Source: Diplonema japonicum
Lineage: Eukaryota > Protista > Euglenozoa: Diplonemea
Length of the DNA stretch: 64,000 nucleotides
Direction: 5' to 3'
Assembly: GCA_964019335.1 (NCBI GenBank)
Contig: OZ025666.1
Span: 669,438 to 733,437, forward strand
The position numbers and the translations under genes are program-made. This document shows positions 22,689 through 34,300 of the stretch, piece after piece. The notes beneath the pieces were generated by a model. The model saw only the letters and a program-made list of their open reading frames with translations. It made no database searches and was not told the origin of the DNA. Every line of letters starts with the position of its first letter. Within the stretch, counting starts at the first letter, position 1.

Positions 22689-24503
22689 ATGATCACAGTG
22701 CATGATGCTCAGACGAGCATCAGGGAAGCGGCTGTGCTCTTCCCGAAGAAGAAGAAGTTCAAGAGCGTTGTGACTGTGCTTAAGGCTTCTACGGTAGGGA
22801 AGCTTGAAAAGAAGAATGACAAACCGAGATTAGGTGGATTTCGAGCAGTATCACGAAGGGGGTCTGGGACGCAAATATCTGGGCACTCGGAGCAAAGCCT
22901 TTGTGTGCCGGTTCATCGGTCGAGGATAGCGAGCGTGGTGTCGGGGGTTTTCGCCAGTAGCTCAAATGCTGCAGTAACAGCAGCCGTGTGTATGCTTGTC
23001 TGTGTGGAAGACGTCCCATGTCACCTGCTTGTGCTCGACGAGGTGATAGAGAGCTCGGAGAGCTCAGAAAATGAAGAGATACAGAAGACGACTTCACGGC
23101 TGAACATCTCTGCGGGATCACATTTCCTCTTCGGCGACTTCAGCGTTCCTAAGGACGACGTATCTGAGGAGTCTGTCGAGGTCTTGTTGAGTGACCTTGT
23201 TGCGACCGAGAGTTTCACATTTGGGGACTACACCGTTAAATACAATTCATCACTTGAAAAGGACGAGCCGCCCGACGATAGTGTGTTCGCCTTCAGCGAC
23301 TTCGCTGTCGCGCTCGAGAATGAGATGGACGAAGAGATTTGCACGGAGTACAAGGTCGAGGCAGAGGAGGAGGAAGAGGTCTTCGTTTTCGGTGACTTCG
23401 CTGTTGGGTTGCCTGCTTCAAAAAGCAAACCGAAGAAGGCTGAACCCAAGAAGGCCATCAGAAAGCTAAAACCAGCGAACAAGAGTCATAAGTGCGAAAT
23501 GAGAGATATCTTTAGTTTTGAAACAAGAACCTTGCTTGGTCACAACGCTCGAGTCAAATGCATCGCATTCACATCTACGGAGCGGCTTTACATATCGAAC
23601 TCTAGCCATGAAGCCATTCTCCACAGCCACGACTTCGAAACGAATAAGTCCCGCCACTCTTACATAGGGCACAACGACTTCATCACCAATGCTGTGGTCT
23701 CAGGTGATGACAAGTACCTTGCGACGACGTCGCGCGACACGCAGCTCATCATATGGGACACCGCCACCGCGCGGCAGCTTTCAAACTTTGTCCATCCTAA
23801 GGTATGCTGGCGGCAGGCTTAATGTTCTTAGGTTGTGACTTGTGCGACGTTCAGCAAGAATGGTCAGTTCATCATGACAGGCTGCCAGGATTGGTATTGC
23901 AGGCTCTTTCCTGTGAAACAGAAGAAGTCAAGGGGGCCAATCCTGACATATCGGGTATTCACAACGTGCATATAAGCTTTACACACACAGGAGCATACGT
24001 CACTCGTGACCGCAATTAACTTCCAGCGATCTGGTGAGAACATCATCAGTGCGTCTTCGGACACGAACCTCAGGTTGTGGGGTGCAGCTTCGGGTAATAC
24101 GTTGCAGGTCTTCACAGCGCACAACGGGACAGTGCTGAGTGCGTCTTTCAGCCACGACTCCAAGACGATACTGTCTAACGATTCATCGGAACTGATGGTG
24201 TGGGATACTGAGACATACCAGTGTATTTGGTCTAAGAAGATAGCACCAAGACACTGGTCTGTGTCGTGCTTTGCGCCCATATCCTTCCCCGACTACATCG
24301 TGGCAGCCGTCAATGACAGTGTTGTCAACATCTACAACTACAAGAAGTCTGACGAGCCCTTCCTTGAGCTTGGCACAAGGTCTTCTGTGTACGTAATGTG
24401 CAAGGGAGCCACGTCTCTACTCTACGGTGACTTCTTCGGCAACCTCTATGCAACAACCTTTAACTGCACCCAGAGGGACACTATGAACCGCCCCGTGTCC
24501 TAA
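22689..24503 (+). CDS. WD40-repeat protein with acidic FxFGDF repeats; introns 23802-23831, 23955-23990
   Basis: GHNARVKCIAF, GHNDFIT...LIIWD, SASSDTNLRLW, AHNGTV...LMVWD; both introns remove in-frame stops. Confidence 0.85.
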
Positions 24504-24624
24504 CTTCTGTTATGACATTTTTGTGAATAAGACCGTCCGATGCAGCAGGGGGCTGCTGTTTAATTCTCTTATGAGCTACTTTTTTATTTACTGTTTCCAA
24601 ACTACCTGCAAGTCCTAAGGTAAA

Positions 24625-26138
24625 ATGCCTACATCGCCCCCCCGGCAGCAGAATGATGATTCTCTGCAGGAGCTCATGCGGACAAAGGTATGCCAGCTTG
24701 CCACAATTTTATTCACGCCGTAGATTGAGGAGAACCAACAGCTGGTAGAGTACATTAGTTATTTAGAAGAGGCCAACAACGATCACCACATGGAGGTATA
24801 CCATAGTCTTGTAAACCTCTTCACAGGAGATAGAGTCTCTGAAAGCTGAACTCAGGGCTTGCCAAATGGAGCTAAAGCAGTGGCAGGACAAAGCACATGA
24901 GTCAAATGTAGGGGAGGCGGACCTAGCAAATGTATGTCTATGTACTTACGCCTCCTACTTACGCACTGTCACAGGAGGTAGAAGAGCTCAGGGAGGCTGT
25001 TCGAATTGCTACTGAAGAGGCCCACAATTGGCGGGATAAGGCACACGAGCAGGAGGCAATAGCGAAGTCTTACGAAGAACGTGAACAAGTTGCTATGCAG
25101 CGCATGGAACACTTGGAGAAGGAAGTCGAGGACTTCAGGAGCAGTGTAGAGCGTTCTGCAAGCAAGACCGATCCTTGGGTGCATGCCGAGGCGGATACCG
25201 AAGTCTCGTCGACTCGTGCGGGTTCGGAGACGGAACAGAGCCAGAGCAGAAGAGGAAGTAGTGAGTCTAGTGAAATGAGCGAATTGAAGAAGGCAGTTGT
25301 AGAACTTCGAAGCGAAGTGCAAAGACAGCAGGAAGAACTGAAGAGGGGCACATCACCTGAGGAGCTAAATAGAATCACTCTAGAGAGGGACACCTTGCGT
25401 CAGGTGGTTGCCAAGCAGAGGGAGCATTTGGCTGGGCTTAGCGGAGGCAGGCAACCAGCACCGAAGTCTTCGGTGAAGCCGGCTGGCCTGCCCCCATTGC
25501 CCCCTGGCTCTCCCCCCGTGGCACCCGCAGCGAGGTTCCCTGAAGGCCACGAGTCAGATGACGGTTGCAGCACGGACTGGGGTTGCGAACAGCTGCGGTC
25601 TGAGGCACCATCAAGGACTAGCGGTGCTGACACCCCGTCTCTTCCTGTCAGTGCGGGGCACTCCATCTCGCCCAGTGTGGGGCATTCCATATCTCCAATT
25701 CTGCGCCATTCGTCTGAGGTAACAAGCTCCAGAAGGTCAAGCAGGTCTGGTGGCACGAGCGGCAGTGTGCGTGTATCAGAGAGTACTGGCTCAGAGAGTG
25801 TGCCTGCGTCTTTGTCTGTCTCGCCAACACCCAGCTTGCACGGTTTCCTTCCTGTCGAGGCACCGCAGCCAATGCTTGCCACGTCTCCTCGTTGCGGCCA
25901 CACAATGCCCATACCACACTGCAACACAATTCGCCCCGCTTCCTACGCTTCGCAGGCATCTGCACGCGCAGTGCAGCTGAGTAGACCAGCGTACCCCAAA
26001 TCGCCTGTGAAACACCGAACGCAGTCTCCCCCCGCCGCCAGGCCAGTGGCACGTCGGAAGCAAGTCGACCCGAGCACTGTAAGGGGCAACCCTAGAGACA
26101 GAGCATATGCACCTCTTGTATTTTCAATTCATCCTTAG
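24625..26138 (+). CDS. Coiled-coil protein with Ser/Pro-rich disordered tail; introns 24688-24723, 24796-24826, 24932-24974
   Basis: Three phase-0 introns give a continuous heptad-rich frame. Confidence 0.75.
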
Positions 26139-26234
26139 AAGGCTTTGCCAAACTTTGTCATAATCTTTGTATCCCTTTAGATTGATGTATTTTTTTGTTG
26201 CCATCGGGTCTCCATAATTACTCCCACTCAGGAC

Positions 26235-29200
26235 ATGGAATACATCATCCAGTCGGCAGATGTCGACATCGAGGGTGATGAATGGCCAGTGGAAAACACT
26301 GTAGTGAAAGGGTGGCTGAAGAAGAGCAGTGTAGTGAAGAAGGTCCACGGCAGTGAGCTAGTGAGTCGAGGGTGGCTTGCACTTGCAGGTGACGATATAA
26401 CCGTGTTCCCAAGATGTGTGATGAAAGATGGCGAGCAGATTGCCATGTTGAAAGATCCCAGTTCCACAAGATTCATAGCAAGCAGTGGTGATGTGTGGGC
26501 GGTGTATGACTCCGGGAGCAGGCTGCTCATCACCGGTACAAAAGAGGGCAAGCCCAGTGCAGTACGGTTGCCCATTGAGGGTGCTGTGGTAGGCATGGAA
26601 ATTCTAAATGGCAACCTGCATATCGCGTCTGCAGCAGGCAGTCAGACAGCTTGCACGCTGACCATCTCTATCTCCCCAATTACAAATGGGCTTCCAGGTA
26701 TGTCCGTTCCAGCTCAATCATCCATCTTCAGTTGCTACCAGTGGAAAGGCCACGCAGAGAATAAGTCTTACAGGACCCCCTCCCAAGGTATACATCACAA
26801 GTCTAGCATATGTCCGCAGGTACTTTTCAGCACTTATAACGAGAGTGATAGGTGTCTCGTGCTTTTCGATGTCCCGCAGAAGGCTTGTTTTAATGCTGAT
26901 GGCAGTGCCGTAGCCATCATCACCAAGCAGGGGGGCCTAGCAGTGTGCATCGCCGAGAGCGGAAAGGGAGGAAAGAGTGCTATTGGTGAGTTCATCACTT
27001 GTCCCTCGTACCCTGGGAATGTCAACACTCATCTGGAGCCCTTAGGTACACGTATCAAGGTACAGGGCAGTGCGTATGACGTGGCTTGGGTTGCACGTCC
27101 ATGCCGCGGATGGTACCTTATGGTAGTGAGCACTACAGAATTGCTTTTAACAGATCCGTGGTCGCAGAGTGTGGTTTTCCGACTCCCGCATGATGAGGGA
27201 GGTTTTGCGGTCATTCGGCAGCACCAGCGTGAGGATCAGGGCATTCAGTTGGGCATTGTGGACGGCGGACATGACAACCTAGTCGTGTCTTTATACAACC
27301 TCACCGCGCTCGACTACAAGGTGGCCATCATGGGTGCCTTGGAGAGCAGTGATCTCGAAAGGGCAAAGAGTGTTGCTGCACAGTCAGGCCTAGCTGACGA
27401 TGTGGTGTGGCAAGTGGCGTGGGAGGCTTCGGAACAAGAAGAAGCAGACGTGAAGAAGTACTTCCCAAAGCTATCCCCGGCTTACATTGAGGCTGCATGT
27501 CGCGCGCCGTTGTCCTCCGTCCCTGCTAGGTGGCACATGTTGCGGTTCCTGTTGAAGACGACACCGAAGGTTGCTACATACCTCATAATGTGCCTCGGGG
27601 GTGTTTTGTTGCTGTCAGGATCGGAGATTCAGGCCCAGCTCCAAATGGGCTCCACAAGTAGCGTGAAAAAGGGCTGGTGGAAGCAACTGATGGCAGAGAG
27701 GCCCGGGTTCCGCAGTCTTATCCTGGAGCTTGTATCGAAGAGAAAGCTGAAGGAGGCCTCTATTCTTATGCGCCTCACTTGTGAGGACTTTGTGCCGCTA
27801 TCCCTCGTGCATTGCCTAGACATGCTGACCTACTTACCTCCTTCTACTCCTTTCGCCACGGCTGCGCCAGTCCTACCAGGTTTCGGGCTCACATCGCTAC
27901 TTCATGTGAAAATAGGCACGGGGGTTTGTCTTCAGCTGGACGTAGAGCCGCACAATTTTAACGAGGATGTGATACTAGATGTGATGAATTACATGGTGAG
28001 GAAGATTAGTGAGGCAGGGCTTACACAGAACGCGCTACAATGGGCGCAAGAGGGATGGGATGAAGGGTTGAAGTTTACCATGTCTACTATTAGCACTGTG
28101 GCGCAGTCGAGGTGTAAGCACGCAAAAGTGCTTGCTTTTGGAAAGAGACGGCCGAACATCGCAACGTATGAGTCACTTAACCCTATGATGAAGCTACTCT
28201 GTGTTCTAGCAGCTGAGGTAAGCGAGGAAGATCTACAGCTTTACTGCACCGAGGCAGGTTTTAACAGCAGCAACTTGGGTATCTTGCGAAGGTTCTGTGA
28301 TGTGCTGGTCTTAGGCGGTTACCGCCCGGACAGCATTCCCGTTACCGAGGGGGACCTGCAGAATATCCTGAATATCGTGATTAGCAATCGTCTGTTTTTA
28401 ACGAAAGAACAAAACTCCCGATTTGGGAAGGTTTTGGCCAGGACATTCGATGTCCAGAAGAAGATGCTAGAAGATGCAGGGATAAGCGACACCACAGAGA
28501 TGGGGGCGAAGGTTTGGACCAACTTTGTGAAGGGTGTTCTTGCTAACCTCCCTGCATGTGTCAATGTGCAGTGTACTCCAGCCATGCTGATGGCTGCTTT
28601 GATCACAAATAACGAGATGCAGGCTGCACGAGCGTATGCGTCAGAGCTCATGGAGACTGGTTACACCAGCGACATCGTTGAAGGCCTGACATGCGCAGCT
28701 GAGGGCGCCATGGAAAGCGCCACATCCATGGCAGACGGAGGACGTTTGGACATATGTCGCCATGCCATTGATCTGTGGGACAATCTCATGGAGGCGGGCA
28801 GCCTTGACTACAGGTCATGTCAACGATTGGGTGTAGTGCGAGACAAGCTCGACACGTATTCTGAGATAGCTGGCAGGTTCCCTGCAAGTGCCCCTTTCAT
28901 CACCCCAAGTGAGACTAATAAGCTTGTTGATGCGGTGCTAACCTACAATGAGGCCGCGCCCGACGACATTACAGGGCTGGTGTCTGCATGTAGGCGACTG
29001 GATATTTCCCGTACAGATGTTCTATCAAAGGTCATCAGGCACGCGATCAGCGGTGCCAATTACGACCTTGCAATTGCCGCAAGCACATACGTGGTACAGT
29101 CTGCGGACATCTCTGGCGACGTGGCAAATGCCTTGCTGTGTGATGTGATCAACCAGTTCGGCTCTGCCTTGTGCTGGGAGGATTGGTCCTTCCTCACTGC

Positions 29201-31332
29201 TAAGATCGCAGCAACAACGAGCGACAAGCTGTCCGACGTGCTGAAAGCCTACCCGCATCGATGCGCAGCCTACCCCGCAGAGCATACACCAAACAAGATC
29301 ATCGAGCGGGCCGCTTTTGTGATACGGAAGGGTGGGGCTGCAAAAACGGAGCTACTGTTGAAGTCAGCGATGTCCACGCTAGTGGACGATGAGAGTCAAG
29401 AGAGACTATTGCTTGAGCAGTCCGAAGGGCGCACCCGATGGGTCATTCGAGAAGAGGCGAACGAAGAGCAAGAACGTTGGGTCCTTATTGCAAAGCTCGA
29501 GACAGCAACAAGTGAATTGGAAGAAGCAAGTAGCAGATGCCTTGTGATACACGAACACGAGCTGGGTATGCTGCTGCTGTGCTTCAAGAAGGAACTGTCA
29601 GACATACGCTGTTATGAAGGAGCTGTCAGAAGTGGTATTGATAAAGAAGAATCTGAGGAAAGGCGTGAAGTGCAAGCGTTGTTTGCTTCAGGGAAGCATG
29701 CAGCTTACGACGACATTCTTAGCAGTATTTCAGGCGACGAGGCAGTGCAAAGGGCTGCTGTTCAAGGCATGTACTTCGAGCAGTTTGCGTGTCTCGAATT
29801 TGAAGTTTTCTCCAATTGGGAAAGATACATCGTGGAGGCCGAAGAGGTTGAGGAATTCCAACGGCTTACCATTACTTGGGGGGAAGCTGTGTACAGGACT
29901 GTCATTGTGCCACACCTAGTGAATGAAGAGTCAGCACGCAGTGATCTGCACCGTGAGTCATGGGATGCATGGGTCGACATGCTTCCAGATTTAGAGACCT
30001 CCCACAGGAAGTATATCAATGCCGGAGTCAAGTTGGGGTACAAGTCTGCATCGCTTGAAAGGTCAGCTGGACTTGCAAAGGTCGAGGCGTACAAAGCACA
30101 CGAGAAGAAGTACGAAAGGATCAGCGCTCAGTTTTATCTACAAAGATTGCAGATACAACTTGGGGTGCTAGGGATCCAGGAGGAATGTTGCAGAGAACTA
30201 GTTACAAAAGGAGCAAGCATTGAAGGTGACACCTTTTTCGGTATCGCAGCACTGAGTTTCGCAGAGCATACTGAATGGGTAACTTTGATGACATCCCTGA
30301 AGCTGAGCGAGCTTGTAGATGATGAAGAGGAGTTGCGCTACAAGTTGGAATTAGAAGAAGATAGAGATTTCGCCAAGCTGTTAATCTTGCAAGAAGAGGC
30401 GGTAGAGAAGGTATGTTTATTTATTAATCACAACGGGAATGTTTCTCAGGACCTCCACCGCATCGAGCGCTTAGGACTCTTCGTAGTTGAAGAGGAGGAA
30501 GACCGCAACGACATCGTTCGCGAGATGACTGACACCTTCAGTTCCATGGCAGCATCCTTTGCTTCATCGGAAAGGAAGGTGCGAGATGCTGAGCGAGAGC
30601 GGCAGCAGATCGTCAGCGACTTGAGTCTCAGCATCCAGAAGACTCCCACTAATGAGCAACACAAGCGGACTGCGATTCAAATGCAGCAAGCTGCAGAGTG
30701 GAAGGTTTTGGAGCAGGTCTACGATAAGTCAAAGGTGTGCTGGAATATTGCAATCCTAGAAATACCCCACAGTTCCTTGTTCTTGCGGCAACAGCAACAT
30801 CAGTACCAGGTTCCTGCCATTCACAAGACCCCGCCGACGGTTTGAGAGACGCTGTAAAAGGGTTGTTTTCAGCAGGCAGGTGCGATAACATCTTCGGGAA
30901 AGACCGCGCACAGTGGGACAAGACGCTCGTTGCGTGCCGTGATCCACCATCTATCGAACAGCTGGAGTTGAGTTTTTGTGTGGCACATGCAACGCAGGCA
31001 GCTGCATCTGAGGGACAAATGGACTCAGCTGCAGGCGTGGCTTTCTCTGCGGCGTTGAAGTGGCTCACGACACACGTATGCAACAAGTGCTTTTTAATCT
31101 TTCATCAGGTTTTCAGAGTTCCGGGAGTGTGCGGTTATGACTTGCAGATAGAACTTATCAGCAGGTGTGCTTTATTTCCGCCTTATACTTATTACACAGA
31201 TTTCTCACAATGTTCAGTAGCCGCTTACGCAGCCTAAAAGATGGAGTACCACGTGGTGCACACATTAACAACGCCATCCGCTTCGTTGAGGGCTGCTCTG
31301 TCGGCTTTAACATCGTACATACGCAGCCCTAG
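26235..31332 (+). CDS. NBAS: NBAS/Sec39-like tethering protein with Glu-rich C-terminal extension, ~1628 aa; introns 26698-26731, 26788-26819, 30411-30449, 30735-30772, 31076-31108, 31165-31199
   Basis: N-terminal beta-propeller then ALESSDLERAKSVAAQSGLADDVVWQVAW, LTYLPPSTP...VLP and AGLTQNALQW, resembling NBAS/Rod solenoid blocks. Confidence 0.6.
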
Positions 31333-31393
31333 CTCTTGCTTCATATTTTTTAATTTGTAACGATATCCTATTTCGTCACAGGTGGCATGCACT

Positions 31394-34300
31394 ATGAACC
31401 GAGTCAGGGTACTGACGCAGAGACCGAGAAGGGCGCGAGGATGTTTTGGTGTAGCGGTGCAGCCAGCGGCATTCCAAATGGCGGACGGGGGGCGTGTGAC
31501 TCTCGACGAAGAGGTGATCGAGACTCACTGCAATAGAATCTTCAGGAACCATGGCATGTTCGACCCCCCATTGAACCCCAAACATGAGATTTTCCAGGTT
31601 GAGCGATTCTGGGAGGAGCTGCAGAAGCAGATCCTAGCTTGGGAGGAGTCCGTAGAAGTGTTGAAGAGGATACGTGCCGGTGAGGAGATAGGAAGCAGTG
31701 GTGATGTTGTTTCCTTAGTAATGTTGAAGGCTGACAGGGTGTTCAAGTTCTTTACGCACATGAGGGCGCACTTAGACAGGAACCCGAGGGACAAGCTGGC
31801 CTTGTACGAGACGCGGCCCGCTGGTCTGGAAGACCTGTACGGAAGATTCCTCAACATGCTTGCCGTGCAGATTGATACCGACTACTGCCCGCGGTGCCAC
31901 CTGAGGCTCGACGGCACCACTTCCGTCTGTGGCGACCCTACAGTCATCAACGAACACCTGTACGGCGACAACCACGTGTTCGGGTTCGAGTCGTCTGAGA
32001 TGGAACACTCCTTCTGGTCGCAGTCGTGGTTCGTGGAGTACGAGAAGCGTGCCAAGGACTTGTGGTATCAGGCCCTGCAGCTGCCCTTCTTCCGCACATC
32101 AAGCCACACCGCAGCACAATGCGAAGGGATGATGGAGATATACCTCAAGACCTTAAACAGAGGAGAAGCTAACCATTTCATGAGGCAGTGCCAGGTGCAC
32201 AGCCTTCCTATCACCAACAGGATGATCGAGTGTCACAAGGAGATTATTGAGACCACAAATCCTCACAGCTTGTTCTTCCACGGCGAACCTGAGGCCGTCT
32301 CTCCTAGGTGGCTGAGGTATCGAATGGAACAGGAAAAGCTTGATGCGATGGAAGATGAGCACGGCATGATCAAGCACCCACCTCATAGCTACCTGCCGCA
32401 TGTAGAAGGCGACAGCATGTACAAGGCACTTCCCGCCAAGTTCAAGGTTGATGAGCGAGGGTGGGTGACAGACTTCCCGCAGGTAACCTCCGCCATTCAG
32501 GACTCTGTTGATTCGTGGTCACCGATCAAGTCCCAGCGGGCGCAGAGTAGCGAGTTCCCTGACTGGTGCTACGACGAGCATACATTGGCGAAGATCGAGC
32601 ACCTGAGAACGGAAGGAAAGAAGGTGTCCTACAAGCCGAGGAGCGATCCCGTGTCCTTCAAGAACCGAACCATTCCGAACTCTAGATCACGCGTTCCGGG
32701 TCTTTTCGAGGTCAAAGAGCCCACGGTACATTCCGAGGAGCACCTTGTGTTTCCTACCGCCTATGGCTACGAGGCTTTCGATACGTCTGAGGAAGCCTTC
32801 GGGACACTTTACCATGGTTTCTCTGGTGAGGTCGAAGACGAGCGCCTGAAGTATGCCATCAGGCCAGGCACTGTTTTGCGAGCCGTAACCCTTCCGCAGT
32901 TCATGGAGCCTCATGTTCCCATCCTGTCGCACAAGTTCCCCATCTGCGAGAACAGAGACAGCAGTGTTGATGTCAACAAGCTTCCCATCGCCGATTTTTG
33001 CACTGTCCCCCGTGCCATGCTGGAGGTGCTGGAGTATGGCTCCAACGGAAAGGTCAACGAGTCAATCGAGCAGTGGCGGAAGGTGGGAAGGCCATGGTGT
33101 GACGGGAAATGGGAGGCATTAGAAAAGAATTACAAGAATTTGAGGGTTGGCTCAAAGTTCTATTCAGGCCAAAGCGCGAAGGGCAGCAAGGAGGGAACAC
33201 TCGTCCTTGTCGGTTTGCACAACGGGAAGTTGTGGGCAGCACGAAATAACGAAAAGTTTGCTTCGGTTGTGCTTGCTTCTAACTTCGAAGAGCTGAAGAA
33301 ATACCGAGGTCTGCCTGGTGACATTTGGGCTGTGCATGAACAGGTGGAAGTAACTGGTGTTGTTGTTGGTGTGAAAGACGGACAACTATGGGTACAGTGG
33401 GGTGCCAACAAGGTGGCAACCCCTTTGGGCAGTGGTATCGAGGACATACAAAAGAACTTCAAAAGCCTTGAGGTTCTTGGACAAGGGCAGCTTGTGGAGC
33501 CACCGTCTTGGTACATACCTTTCCGCAACAACTGGGCTGAGCGAGATCTGAAAGAGGCTCTGCGCAAACCGTGGGAAGACCAGCCCTTCACTGCATCAGG
33601 GAAGTACGATATTCCGAGCATCAATAAGGATCCTTCATCTGCGGCCTCTTACGGCTTGGATGACTACAAAACTAAGGAGCATGAATCGAGAATGGAAGTG
33701 AGGAACCTCATGGGGGGGAGCACTAAGCTGGTTGGTGACAAGAGGTGGGGTGACGACGCTGTCTTCTCGGTGAATATTCAGGGCAACAACCGCATGCACA
33801 CGGGTTATGGACAGCCGCAAGTGGACACTGATGAGCTCCTGGTGCCAATCGGGCCTGACGATGGCCTGAAGGACAAGGTGCCCATGTGGGAGGTAGAAGA
33901 GATGGAGCAGTCCCTGCGCGACATTGGAGGTAGGGCCCCGGGAGCATCTTCACCTTCGTCGCAGCAGCGCTATAACGATACGACTAATGACCCCATCGCA
34001 ATCAGGAAGCAGAGTAAGATGAAGCTCGCGATGCGTGCCTCTCTCATCACAAGCAAGAAGAATCCCTCCAACACAGAGCTTGTCAATTTGGAGAGCGGCC
34101 AGCTTGCACTCAAGCAGAAGATTGGAAAACACGAGAGCTGGGAATACGGTGGGATGAAGGATCCTGGAAACATGCAGGTTATGCCGCACGACCGTAAGGT
34201 ATGAGCAATGCAAGAAAGCAACCGCATTACAGAGATTGCTTGGTGAGGACCCCCTGCAACCTATGCACAACCGAATGCACTTGACAGGTATGGAAATATC

